From NCBI GenBank assembly GCA_049972045.1, contig JBMFKS010000005.1, positions 4,202 through 59,511 on the forward strand: DNA of 55,310 bases. Direction: 5' to 3'. Position 1 is the stretch's first letter, and each line of letters starts with the position of its first letter. This document shows positions 29,054-38,556 of the stretch, in pieces. A program made the translations under genes and the position numbers. The stretch is from Anaerolineae bacterium (GTDB taxonomy: Bacteria; Chloroflexota; Anaerolineae; B4-G1; DUEL01). The notes beneath the pieces were generated by a model. The model saw only the letters and a list, made by a program, of their open reading frames with translations. It had not been told where the DNA came from and did not search any database.

Positions 29054-29132
29054 CTTCGTGCCCTTTGTGTCCTTCGTGGTAGGGTCGTTACAACTCTTCA
29101 CGCAGCACGCAGTACGCAATCCGTAACACGTA
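29054..29132. repeat. Orphan 9-mer arm followed by a 7-mer array
   Basis: CTTCGTGCCCTTTGTGTCCTTCGTGGT, then CACGCAG CACGCAG TACGCAA TCCGTAA CACGTA. Confidence 0.75.
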
Positions 29133-29144
29133 CCGGGGGAACGG

Positions 29145-32100
29145 ATGACCGACAACATCCGAAATCAAACGTCCAACTCCATTCTGGTCGTCGGCGCAGG
29201 GATCGGGGGGATGCAGTCGGCGCTGCTGTTGGCGGAGGCCGGCTATCCGGTCGTTCTGGTGGACAGCGCGCCCGGCATCGGTGGGTCGCTCCACCTGCTG
29301 GACCGGACGTTCCCGACTGATTCCTGCGGGATCTGCTATATGATTCCGGGACGCCCGGCGTACTGTCCCACCATTGAGTGCGACCTGCATCCCAACATTA
29401 CCATTGTCCCTTATACCGACGTGGTGGGGCTGGAGGGGGAGCCGGGGGCGTTCACCGTCCGTCTTCAGCACAAGCCGCGCTACGTCATCCCGGAGCGGTG
29501 TATCCTCTGCGGGGAGTGCGCGCGGGTCTGCCCGGCCGAGCGGCCCAGCCAGTACGAAGGGAACCTGGCGAAGGAAAAGGCGATCTATCGCCCGCCGCTG
29601 CGGGCGATCCCGCCTGCCTATGTGATTGATATGTCGGTCTGCACCCGATGCGGGAGGTGCGTGGAGGTCTGCCCAACCGAAGCCGTGGATCTGGGTATGC
29701 AGCCGACGGAGAGCCAGGTACAGGTGGGGGCGGTTATCTTGAGCCCGGGCTTTGAGCCCTTTGACGCCCGCTTGAAGGGGGAGTTCGGCTGGGGATACTA
29801 CCCCAACGTCCTCACCAGCATCCAGTTTGAGCGGATGGTCAGTTTCGCCGGCTCCACGGGCGCCCACATCGTTCGTCCGTCGGACGGCCGGCGGCCGCGC
29901 CGCATCGCCTTCATTCAGTGCGTTGGCTCGCGGGATATGTCCATCGGCCGGGGGTACTGCTCGTCGGTCTGCTGCATGCACACGGCCAAGCACGTGCGGG
30001 TGGTGAAGGAACTGGAACCGGATACCGAGGTCACCGTCTTCTTTATGGACATCCGGACCTACGGGAAGGACTACGAGGCCTATTTTGAGGAGACGAAGGC
30101 CCTGCCCGGCGTGACGTATCGCCGCTGTATGGTCTCCGCCGTCCAGGAGCGCCCGAAGACCCGGAATCTGGTCTTGAAGACCGTCGCCGAGGACGGCACG
30201 GTGGGGGAGGAGGAGTTTGATCTGGTGGTGCTGGTGGTGGGCTTCGGGTCGCCGCTGGGGGCGCGGGCGCTGGGCCAGGCGGTGGGGGTGGCGCTGAACG
30301 AGTACGGGTTCGCGGTGACGGACCCGTTTGCGCCGGAGGCGACGGGTCGGCCCGGGGTGCTGGTAGCGGGGGCGTTCCGGGAGCCGAAGGACATCCCGGA
30401 GACGGTGGTGGAGGCGTCGGCGGTGGCGGCGGCGGCCGCCGCCGCCACCGCCGGGGCGGCGGGCGTAGAAGCGCCCGCCGCCCCCCAGAGCGCGCCCGAG
30501 GAGCGGGACGTCACCTGGGAGTGGCCGCGCATCGGGGTCTTTCTCTGCGACCACCGCGGGGAGATCGGCGAGGTGATTGATCTGGAGACAGTGGCGGAGT
30601 ATGCCCGTACGCTGCCGGACGTCGCGCTGGCGATGGTGGTGGGGGACGGCTTCTCCCGGACGGGGCTGGAGGAGATCGCCCGCATCGTGCGGGAGAAGCA
30701 ACTGAACCGGGTCGTCCTGGCCGGGTCCACCGACATCCGGCGGGCCGAAGTCTACCACGAGATGATGCGCGCCGCCGGCCTCAATCCCGGCCTGCTGGAA
30801 CTGGTCAACCTGCGGGGGGAGGTGGCCGGGGCGCACGCCCGCAACGGCAAAGTCGCCAACGAAAAGGCCCGGGAACTGGTCGCGATGGCGGTGGCCGGCG
30901 CGGTCCGGCGGGAACCCTTCCGGCTGTCCGCGGAGCCGCTGAACCGCCGGGTGCTGGTGGTCGGCGGCGGGCTGGCAGGGATGACGGCCGCGCTGACGCT
31001 GGCCGACCTGGGGCATCCGGTGGACCTGGTGGAGCGGACGGACAGGCTGGGCGGCCAGTTGCGCGACCTGCACCGGGTCCTGGGCGGCGATCCGCAGGCC
31101 GCACTGATGGCGCTTCTGGAGCGACTGAGCCGGGAGCCGCGCGTTCGGGTGCTCCTGCAGACCGAGGTCCGGGACGCCTCGGGCCGGCTGGGGTGGTTCC
31201 GCGCCCGTCTGGCCGGGCCGGAAGGGGAGCAGGAGGAGACGTACGGGGCGATCATCGTCGCCACCGGCGGCCGCGAGGTCGTCCCGACGGAGTACCTCTA
31301 CGGCCAGGACCCGCGCGTCGTGACCCAGCGGGAACTGGAGAAGATGCTGGCGGAGGGGCAGGAAATCCCGTCCGACGTGGTGATGATCCAGTGTGTGGGG
31401 TCGCGAGAGCCGGAGCGGCCCTACTGCAGCCGCATCTGCTGTACCAAGGCGGTGGTCAACGCGCTGGCGATCAAAGAGGGGAATCCCGACGCGCGGGTGA
31501 CCGTCCTCTATCGGGAGATGCGGACGTACGGCTTCCGGGAGGACGCATATCGGCAGGCGCGGGAGAAGGGCGTGGTCTTCCTGCGCTACGAGTTGCCGGA
31601 CAAGCCCCAGGTGACGGCGGGGCCGGAGGGCCTGCAGGTTCGGTTGGTGGAGCCGGTGGCCGGAGAGGAGGTGGTGCTTCCGGCGGGGCTGCTGGTGCTC
31701 AGCACGGGGATTGAGCCCAACGACAACCGGGCGCTGGCAGCGGCGCTGGGGGTGCCGGTGGACGCGTACGGGTTCTTCCGGGAGGAGCACCCGAAGATGC
31801 GGCCGCTGGACTTCACCCAGCGGGGGATTTTCGTCTGCGGGCTGGCCCATTCCCCGCGCGCGGCGGATGAGACGATTCTGATGGCGCAGGGCGCGGCGAT
31901 GCGGGCGGCGACGCTGCTGGCCCGGGGCCAGGTGGAGGTGGTCCGGACGGTGGCGCGGGTGAACACCCGGCTCTGTTCGGCCTGTGGGCTCTGCGTGGAG
32001 GCGTGCCCGTATGGGGCGCGGGTGCTGGAGCCGGGCGGGCCGTACGCGGAGGTGATAGAGGCACTCTGTATGGGCTGCGGCGTCTGCGCGATGGTCTGCC

Positions 32101-32171
32101 CGAACAAGGCCACTCAGCAGGTGGGCTACGCTGTGCGCCGGGTGTATGAGATGGTGGATGCGGTGGTGTAG
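29145..32171 (+). CDS. hdrA: Tandem two-module HdrA-family protein (1008 aa)
   Basis: Two GxGxxG FAD sites, two QCVGSR..YCS.xCC motifs, inserted and C-terminal ferredoxins. Confidence 0.93.
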   Translation: MTDNIRNQTSNSILVVGAGIGGMQSALLLAEAGYPVVLVDSAPGIGGSLHLLDRTFPTDSCGICYMIPGRPAYCPTIECDLHPNITIVPYTDVVGLEGEPGAFTVRLQHKPRYVIPERCILCGECARVCPAERPSQYEGNLAKEKAIYRPPLRAIPPAYVIDMSVCTRCGRCVEVCPTEAVDLGMQPTESQVQVGAVILSPGFEPFDARLKGEFGWGYYPNVLTSIQFERMVSFAGSTGAHIVRPSDGRRPRRIAFIQCVGSRDMSIGRGYCSSVCCMHTAKHVRVVKELEPDTEVTVFFMDIRTYGKDYEAYFEETKALPGVTYRRCMVSAVQERPKTRNLVLKTVAEDGTVGEEEFDLVVLVVGFGSPLGARALGQAVGVALNEYGFAVTDPFAPEATGRPGVLVAGAFREPKDIPETVVEASAVAAAAAAATAGAAGVEAPAAPQSAPEERDVTWEWPRIGVFLCDHRGEIGEVIDLETVAEYARTLPDVALAMVVGDGFSRTGLEEIARIVREKQLNRVVLAGSTDIRRAEVYHEMMRAAGLNPGLLELVNLRGEVAGAHARNGKVANEKARELVAMAVAGAVRREPFRLSAEPLNRRVLVVGGGLAGMTAALTLADLGHPVDLVERTDRLGGQLRDLHRVLGGDPQAALMALLERLSREPRVRVLLQTEVRDASGRLGWFRARLAGPEGEQEETYGAIIVATGGREVVPTEYLYGQDPRVVTQRELEKMLAEGQEIPSDVVMIQCVGSREPERPYCSRICCTKAVVNALAIKEGNPDARVTVLYREMRTYGFREDAYRQAREKGVVFLRYELPDKPQVTAGPEGLQVRLVEPVAGEEVVLPAGLLVLSTGIEPNDNRALAAALGVPVDAYGFFREEHPKMRPLDFTQRGIFVCGLAHSPRAADETILMAQGAAMRAATLLARGQVEVVRTVARVNTRLCSACGLCVEACPYGARVLEPGGPYAEVIEALCMGCGVCAMVCPNKATQQVGYAVRRVYEMVDAVV

Positions 32172-32399
32172 GCCGGAAGGACGCCGATGAACGGAGATGA
32201 TTGCAGGTAGGTGGCGATTTCAGTCAAAATAGAAGATAGAGGGGGTGGTTTGGAGGACATAACGGTTTCGGCAGCGCCGATGGGCTTGTGGTGAGGGGGG
32301 GTTCCCCTTCGGAGGAATGGGGAACGTTGTCGTAGCGAAAAACCTGATGTTGGCTCGTCGCTTTGGGGGAATGATAGCATCGTTGGGGTACAGTGCAAG

Positions 32400-33338
32400 A
32401 TGGAGATGACCCGGGGACCTGCCGCATCGGTCATCAGCACCGGGATCGCCGGGACTCAGGCCGAGCAACTCCCGCGCATCCAGGAACGGCTTCTGCAGGC
32501 CTGTCCGGCCATCCTGGGCATCGTCCTCTTTGGCTCCGCGGCCCGGGGGGAACCGCACCAGGATGTGGACCTGCTGGTTGTAGTGCGCGGTGCGATGGGG
32601 GACCGCGAACGGACGGAGGTGCTGAAGGTCCTGCGGAGGGCCCTGGGGCCGGAAGGGGCCTGGGTGGACCTGGTGGTGGTGACCGAGCAGGGGCTCCGGT
32701 GGGGGCTGGAGGCGCATTATCCGTTTTACCTGGACATTGCCTTTGATGGGATCGTGCTCTACGACGCCGATGGGGTGACGGCCCTGCTGGAACGGGCCCG
32801 GGAAGAGGTGACCGCGCAGGGCATTCGGCGAACGGAGACCGGGGGATGGCAGTTCCCGGTGCCCTATCGCCAGCGGGTGCCGCTTTCGCCATTTGATAAC
32901 GTGACGTGGGCCCGCCGATGGCTGGAAGACGGCGAGCGGGACCTGCAGGCGGCGGACGCGCTCTTCCGTATGGGGCTGTACGAACGAAGTGTGACCCACA
33001 GCCAGCAGGCGGTGGAGAAGAGCGCCAAGGCCGTGCTGGCCTGTATGGGGCGGATGGAGCGGACCCACTACCTCTCGGCTCGCCTGAGAGCCCTGCTGGA
33101 GACGATCCCGGACCCGCAGTGGCGGGAACAGTTGAAGACGCTGGCCCGGGCGGCGGCGGATCTGGAGCCGGCCGCCGTGGCCAGCCGGTATCCGGTGGAG
33201 GTGGACGAAGAGGTGGTCTGGCCTGCCGACCGCTATGGGCAGGCCGAGGCCGAATGGGCGCTGGAACTGGCCCGGGAAAGTCAGGAGATCGGGCGGGCGT
33301 TTATCCGCTGGTGGACGGAGGAGGAACCGTCGGTATGA
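32400..33338 (+). CDS. MNT-HEPN fusion protein
   Basis: LFGSAARGEPHQDVDLLVV plus WLEDGERDL..HSQQAVEKSAKAVL..RMERTH..SRYP. Confidence 0.85.
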   Translation: MEMTRGPAASVISTGIAGTQAEQLPRIQERLLQACPAILGIVLFGSAARGEPHQDVDLLVVVRGAMGDRERTEVLKVLRRALGPEGAWVDLVVVTEQGLRWGLEAHYPFYLDIAFDGIVLYDADGVTALLERAREEVTAQGIRRTETGGWQFPVPYRQRVPLSPFDNVTWARRWLEDGERDLQAADALFRMGLYERSVTHSQQAVEKSAKAVLACMGRMERTHYLSARLRALLETIPDPQWREQLKTLARAAADLEPAAVASRYPVEVDEEVVWPADRYGQAEAEWALELARESQEIGRAFIRWWTEEEPSV

Positions 33339-34705
33339 CCCAAAAACCCGCAGCACTGGTCATTGGCGCCGGGATCGCCGGCATTCAGGCCGCGCTGGAT
33401 ATCGCGGACGCCGGCTTTCCGGTCTATCTGGTGGAACGGGAGCCCAGCGTGGGGGGCCGGATGGCCCAACTGGATAAGACCTTCCCGACGCTGGACTGTT
33501 CGTCCTGCATTCTCACGCCCAAAATGGTGAGTGTGGGCCAGCACCCGAACATTGAGTTGCTGACCTACTCCGAAGTGGTGGCAGTGGAGGGGGAGGCCGG
33601 AGCCTTCCACGTCACCATTAAGAAAAAGCCGCGCTATGTGGACGAGGACCTCTGCCGGGGGTGCGGGCTCTGCGCGCAAGAATGCCGGATGCACGGGCGG
33701 GTGGTGGATACCTTCAACCAGGGTCTGGGGAAGCGGGCGGCCGTTTATGTCCCCTTCCCGCAGGCGGTGCCGCTGGTCTACACCATAGACCCGACGGCCT
33801 GCCTCTACCTGACCCGGGGCGTCTGCGGCAAGACCTTCAAATGCAAGGACGCCTGTCCCACCGGAGCGATCAATTTTGAACAGAAGGAACAGTTCGTGGA
33901 GGTGGACGTAGCGGCGATCATCGTCGCCACCGGCTTTGACCTGATGGACCCGCGCACCAAGCCGGAGTTCGGCTATGGGGCCTACCCGAACGTCATCACC
34001 GGGCTGGAGTTTGAGCGGCTCTCCTCGGCATCCGGCCCGACGGGTGGGAAGATCGTCCTCAACGGGAAGGAGCCGCAGGACGTGGTCTTCATCCACTGCG
34101 TCGGCTCCCGGGACCCGCACACCGGGGTCCCGTACTGTTCCCGGATCTGCTGTATGTACACGGCCAAGCACGCGCATCTGGTGCGGGACAAACTCCCGAA
34201 CGCCCGGATCACCGTTTTCTATATTGATATGCGGGCCTTTGGCAAGGGGTACGAGGAGTTCTACGACCGGGTGAAGGAGGAGCGGGTGATCTACCGGCGC
34301 GGGGAGCCCTCGGAGGTGTACCGGCGGGGGGACCGGCTGGTGGTGCGGGCGGAAGACTCGCTGCTGGGTCGGACGGTGGAGGTGGAGGCCGACCTGGTGG
34401 TACTGGCGACGGCGGTGGTCCCCAGGGCCGATACATCCGCCGTGGCCGAACTCCTGGGGCTTTCCCTCTCGCCCGACGGTTTCTTCCAGGAGGCCCATCC
34501 CAAGTATCGGCCGGTGGAGACGGCCCGACCGGGGGTCTTCCTGGCGGGCTGCTGTCAGGGGCCAAAGGACATCCCGGATACCGTGGCCCAGGCAAAGGCC
34601 GCGGCCGCTTCGGCGCTGGTGGTGCTGAGTGGTTCACCACAAAGACGCGAAGACACAAAGTATAGAGAGATGGTTTTGCCGGAGCGGGTGGGGGAGCAGC
34701 GATGA
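33335..34705 (+). CDS. hdrA: HdrA-family protein, single FAD module with inserted ferredoxin and no C-terminal ferredoxin
   Basis: Start reassigned to ATG 33335; GAGIAG, DKTFPTLDCSSC, CRGCGLC, HCVGSRD..YCSRICC. Confidence 0.92.
   Translation: MTQKPAALVIGAGIAGIQAALDIADAGFPVYLVEREPSVGGRMAQLDKTFPTLDCSSCILTPKMVSVGQHPNIELLTYSEVVAVEGEAGAFHVTIKKKPRYVDEDLCRGCGLCAQECRMHGRVVDTFNQGLGKRAAVYVPFPQAVPLVYTIDPTACLYLTRGVCGKTFKCKDACPTGAINFEQKEQFVEVDVAAIIVATGFDLMDPRTKPEFGYGAYPNVITGLEFERLSSASGPTGGKIVLNGKEPQDVVFIHCVGSRDPHTGVPYCSRICCMYTAKHAHLVRDKLPNARITVFYIDMRAFGKGYEEFYDRVKEERVIYRRGEPSEVYRRGDRLVVRAEDSLLGRTVEVEADLVVLATAVVPRADTSAVAELLGLSLSPDGFFQEAHPKYRPVETARPGVFLAGCCQGPKDIPDTVAQAKAAAASALVVLSGSPQRREDTKYREMVLPERVGEQR
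34636..34660. repeat. 9-mer arm, left flank of the GxxExxY gene, inside the hdrA 3' end
   Basis: ACCACAAAGACGCGAAGACACAAAG. Confidence 0.85.
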
Positions 34706-35094
34706 GAGAGACTGCGCTTTCGGAGAGGGAGGAGCAGATCGCCCGGGCGATCGTGGATGCGGCGTATGCGGTGCACAGCGCCCTGGGGCCGGGTCTGCTG
34801 GAGAGTATCTACGAGGTCTGCTTCTGCCACGAACTGGGAAAAAGGGGGCTCTCTTATCGCCGACAGGTAGTGGTGCCGATCACGTATGATGGGTTGGTTT
34901 TTGAGGAGGGGTTGCGGCTGGATGTGCTGGTGGAAGAGGCGGTCGTCTGCGAGATTAAGGCTGTAGAGGTGATGCATCCGGTGTTTATGGCCCAACTGCT
35001 GACCTATCTGAAACTGACAGGTAAACGTCTGGGGTTCCTGATCAATTTCAACGTGCCGATCATCAAGCAAGGTATCAAACGGGTAGTTTTGTGA
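34702..35094 (+). CDS. GxxExxY protein (PD-(D/E)XK-like)
   Basis: VHSALGPGLLESIYE, RLDVLVE..VVCEIKAV, AQLLTYLK, GFLINFN. Confidence 0.93.
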   Translation: MRETALSEREEQIARAIVDAAYAVHSALGPGLLESIYEVCFCHELGKRGLSYRRQVVVPITYDGLVFEEGLRLDVLVEEAVVCEIKAVEVMHPVFMAQLLTYLKLTGKRLGFLINFNVPIIKQGIKRVVL

Positions 35095-35111
35095 TAACCA
35101 CGTGTGATCAA

Positions 35112-35246
35112 ACCACAAAGGCACGAAGACACAAAGAAAAATTTATAAAACTTCGTGTCTTTGTGTCTTCGTGGTGAATTAGATAACCACAAAGACACGA
35201 AGGCACAAAGAAAAAAATTTACTTTGTGTCTTGGTGTCTTCGTGGT
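35112..35246. repeat. Two inverted 9-mer arrays (hairpins), right flank of the GxxExxY gene
   Basis: ACCACAAAGGCACGAAGACACAAAG-(A/T loop)-CTTCGTGTCTTTGTGTCTTCGTGGT, followed by a second near-identical hairpin. Confidence 0.92.
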
Positions 35247-35272
35247 GATTCCCTGAAGGAGGCACAAGGCTT

Positions 35273-36397
35273 ATGGACATCCAACAGCACGCACGGGAAC
35301 TGGGACTTGGCCTGGACCTCTTCAGTTGCATCCAGTGCGGCAAGTGCACCGGTGGGTGTCCCGTTTCTATCACGACCGCGCTGAACGTCCGCTCCCTGAT
35401 CTACGGCGCGCTCATCGGTGACATCGCGGGGCCGGTCCACCGGGAGGAACTTTGGGACTGTACCTGCTGCTTTACCTGTGTGGAGCGCTGTCCCAAGGAT
35501 GTCCGCCCGGCGGAGGTCATCATCGCCCTGCGGAGCCTGCTGGTGGAGGAGGGGAAGGTCCCCGGCACCATCGGCAACGCGCTGATGGGCATCTTCCGCC
35601 AGGGCAACCCGCTGGGCTACGCGCGGGAGGACCGGACCGCCTGGATGGACGGGCTGAACGTCAAGCCGGCCCAGGAGGGGTGCGAGACTCTCCTCTTCAC
35701 CTGCTGCAGTTCCGCCTACGACGTCCGCGCCCAGGCGGCGACAAAGGCGCTGGTCCGGGTGCTCCAGGCCGCCGGGGTGGACTTCGGACATCTGGGCACG
35801 GAGGAGACCTGCTGCGGCAACGAGGTGCGCCGGGTAGGGGAGATGGGCCTCTTTGAGATGCTGGTGGAGGAAGGAAAACCTCTGCTGGAGGGGAGCGGCG
35901 CGGCGCGGATGGTGACCACGTCGCCGCATTGTATGAACACCTTCCGCCACGAGTACAAACTGGGGATGGACGTGCTCCACTACACCCAGGCGCTGGCCCG
36001 CCTGCTGGACGAGGGGCGGCTGAACCTGACCGGTCGGGTGGAGAAAGTGGTCACCTACCACGACCCGTGCTTCCTGGGAAAACAGAACGGGATTTTTGAC
36101 GAGCCGCGGGAGGTCCTGAAGGCCATTCCGGGCGTGAAGTTCGTGGAGATGGACCGCATCCGGGAGCGGAGCCTCTGCTGCGAGGGCGGCGGCGGGCGGA
36201 TGTGGTTTGAGGGCACCAACACCGAGGGTCGTCTGGCTTTCCAGCGGGTTCAGGAGGCCGCCGACACCGGCGCCGAGATTCTGGCTGTGGCCTGTCCCTT
36301 CTGCATGGCGATGCTGGACGACGCGGTGAAGGTGAAGGGACTCTCCGAGCGGCTGAAGGTGATGGACATCGCCGAACTGGTGGCGATGGCGCTATGA
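35273..36397 (+). CDS. HdrD-like Fe-S oxidoreductase (two 4Fe-4S motifs plus two CCG-type domains)
   Basis: CIQCGKCTGGCP, CTCCFTCVERCP, CCGN..TSPHC, YHDPC..CCEGGG..CPFC. Confidence 0.88.
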   Translation: MDIQQHARELGLGLDLFSCIQCGKCTGGCPVSITTALNVRSLIYGALIGDIAGPVHREELWDCTCCFTCVERCPKDVRPAEVIIALRSLLVEEGKVPGTIGNALMGIFRQGNPLGYAREDRTAWMDGLNVKPAQEGCETLLFTCCSSAYDVRAQAATKALVRVLQAAGVDFGHLGTEETCCGNEVRRVGEMGLFEMLVEEGKPLLEGSGAARMVTTSPHCMNTFRHEYKLGMDVLHYTQALARLLDEGRLNLTGRVEKVVTYHDPCFLGKQNGIFDEPREVLKAIPGVKFVEMDRIRERSLCCEGGGGRMWFEGTNTEGRLAFQRVQEAADTGAEILAVACPFCMAMLDDAVKVKGLSERLKVMDIAELVAMAL

Positions 36398-36548
36398 GAT
36401 GGCCGCAGAATAAAAAGACGGGCTCACCCTGGGGGCCGATTCTCACCGCTCAGAGGCGGAGTAGCACGTACTGACGTACGAACAGCCGACCCAGGACTTA
36501 CGAGTCCAGTCTGGTTAGAGTACCCATTCTCTGTCAAGTGAGCCGGCT

Positions 36549-38237
36549 ATGGGAATCAGACCGCGCATCGGTGTCTACATTTGCCACTGCGGGACCAACA
36601 TCGCCGCGACGGTGGACGTGGAGGCGGTGACGGAGTTCGCCGCCGCGCTGCCCGGTGTCGTCGTCGCCCGCAACTACACGTATATGTGCTCCGAGCCGGG
36701 CCAGGCCCTCATCAAAGAGGACGCCCGCGCGCTGAGGCTGAACCGGGTGGTGGTGGCGTCCTGCTCGCCCCGGATGCACGAGCCGACCTTCCGCGCCGCG
36801 TCCCAGGAGGGTGGGGTCAACCCGTACCAGTTTGAGATGGCCAACATCCGCGAGCAGTGCTCCTGGGTCCACCACGACCGCCACGAGGCGACGGAGAAGG
36901 CGAAGGCGCTGGTCTACGCCGCGGTAATGAAGGCGGCCCGCCTGGAGCCGCTGGAGGAGCGGGAGGCGCCGGTCACGCCGGGGGCGTTGGTGGTCGGCGG
37001 CGGGGTGGCGGGGATGGTCGCCGCGCTGGACATCGCCGACGCCGGATTCCCGGTGCATCTGGTGGAGGCCAGTGACCACCTGGGCGGCCGCGTCGCTGAA
37101 CTGAACCGCACCTTCCCGGACCTGGAACCCGTCGCCGAATGGCTCCCGGCGCTGGTGGACCGGGTGCAGCGCCACCCGAACATCACCGTCTACCTGAACT
37201 CCCGTGTGACCCATATCACGGGCTTCGTGGGCAACTTTGAGGCCACAGTGAACGGGGTGGGGGAGCCCCTGAAGGTGGGGGCTATTGTCATCGCCACCGG
37301 CTACAACGTTTTTGACCCGCGCCGGAAGCCGGAGTTCGGCTACGGGGTTTATCCGCAGGTGGTGACCACGCTGGAACTGGAACACCGGCTGGCCTCGGGC
37401 GACTTGGCGGTGAACGGGAAAACACCGAAGGATGTGGTGTTCGTTAAGTGCGTTGGCTCGCGGGATCAGCAACTGGGCCGCCCGTACTGCTCCCGGGTCT
37501 GCTGCATGATCAGCGCCAAGCAGGCCCAACTGGTCCGTCAGGCCCTGCCGGACGCGCGGGTCACCGTCTTCTATATGGACGTCCGGACCTTCGGGAAGCG
37601 GGGGGAGGAGTTCTACGACGAGGCCCGTCGGGCGGGGGTGCGCTACCGCCGGGGCAACGTCTCGGAGATTTACCGCCGGGGCGACCGGGTGGTGGTCCGG
37701 GTGGAGGACACGCTTCTGGGGCGGACGCTGGAGCATGAGGCAGACCTGGTGGTGTTGGCGGTAGGGATGGAGCCGCGCCCGGAGGCGGCCGAGATCGCCG
37801 CGCTGTTGAAACTCCCCCGCTCCGCCGACGGCTTCTTCCTGGAGGCCCACCCGAAACTCCGCCCGGTGGATACGGCGGTGGATGGGGTCTTCCTGGCGGG
37901 TTGCTGCCAGGCGCCAAAGGACATTCCGGAGACCGTCGCGCAGGCGAAGGCGGCGGCGGCCTCGGCCCTCATCCCGCTGATGCGGGGCGTCGTCCCGATG
38001 GAGGCGGCGACGGCCGTGGTGGACCCGGACCTCTGCGCCGGGTGCGGGATGTGTGTGGAAATCTGCCCCTACGGCGCGCCGGCGCTGGACCCCTTCTGGG
38101 GCGTCTCGCGGGTGAACGCCGTCCTCTGCAAGGGCTGCGGCGCCTGCGCGGTCACCTGTCCGTCCAAGGCGATCCGTCTCCAGCACTTCACGCCCGACCA
38201 GATCCTGGCCCAGGTGGAAGCGCTGGTGGGGTGGTGA
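36549..38237 (+). CDS. hdrA: HdrA-family flavoprotein, single module with C-terminal ferredoxin (562 aa)
   Basis: GVYICHCG, ASCSP, NIREQCSWVH, KCVGSRD..YCSRVCC, two ferredoxin motifs. Confidence 0.95.
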   Translation: MGIRPRIGVYICHCGTNIAATVDVEAVTEFAAALPGVVVARNYTYMCSEPGQALIKEDARALRLNRVVVASCSPRMHEPTFRAASQEGGVNPYQFEMANIREQCSWVHHDRHEATEKAKALVYAAVMKAARLEPLEEREAPVTPGALVVGGGVAGMVAALDIADAGFPVHLVEASDHLGGRVAELNRTFPDLEPVAEWLPALVDRVQRHPNITVYLNSRVTHITGFVGNFEATVNGVGEPLKVGAIVIATGYNVFDPRRKPEFGYGVYPQVVTTLELEHRLASGDLAVNGKTPKDVVFVKCVGSRDQQLGRPYCSRVCCMISAKQAQLVRQALPDARVTVFYMDVRTFGKRGEEFYDEARRAGVRYRRGNVSEIYRRGDRVVVRVEDTLLGRTLEHEADLVVLAVGMEPRPEAAEIAALLKLPRSADGFFLEAHPKLRPVDTAVDGVFLAGCCQAPKDIPETVAQAKAAAASALIPLMRGVVPMEAATAVVDPDLCAGCGMCVEICPYGAPALDPFWGVSRVNAVLCKGCGACAVTCPSKAIRLQHFTPDQILAQVEALVGW

Positions 38238-38259
38238 AAGGGGAACGAAGCGACCTTCA

Positions 38260-38556
38260 ATGGGTGTCATCCGGGAGGCTTCAATGGCGGCTGGATTGGC
38301 TGGGCAGGGTAGAGATGTAAAGCAGAGGATTCTGGACGATTTCAAGGGGCTCCCGATTCCTGACCAGTTGACGATCATAGAGTCTGTGCTTCGGCGATTA
38401 CGGGAGGAATTTCAACGGGACCAGGAGGCGAGCCGCGCGGAGCAAAGGCGCAGGTTGGTTATGGCTGCGGAGACTCTGTTGCCGGACTATTTAGGGGACG
38501 CCGAATTAACGGTTTTCACCGCATTGGACGGCGAGGATTTTTATGCAGAGGGGTGA
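38260..38556 (+). CDS. Putative antitoxin of the adjacent MazF (start uncertain)
   Basis: Small helical ORF with an acidic tail (ELTVFTALDGEDF) overlapping mazF. Confidence 0.6.
   Translation: MGVIREASMAAGLAGQGRDVKQRILDDFKGLPIPDQLTIIESVLRRLREEFQRDQEASRAEQRRRLVMAAETLLPDYLGDAELTVFTALDGEDFYAEG

Noticed and set aside
32906-33334. N-terminal extensions in the ORF track (also 13590, 15717, 23330, 25955, 39991, 50251)
   Set aside because: They overlap other genes or repeats; downstream starts with an RBS or ATGA coupling match the family N-termini better.
25896-35246. 9-mer hairpin arrays as CRISPR repeats
   Set aside because: They are inverted, internally periodic arms with short A/T loops. There is no run of direct repeats with unique spacers and no cas gene.
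36398-36548. 150 bp spacer between the hdrD-like gene and hdrA as a gene remnant
   Set aside because: No convincing motif or repeat could be read; left unannotated.
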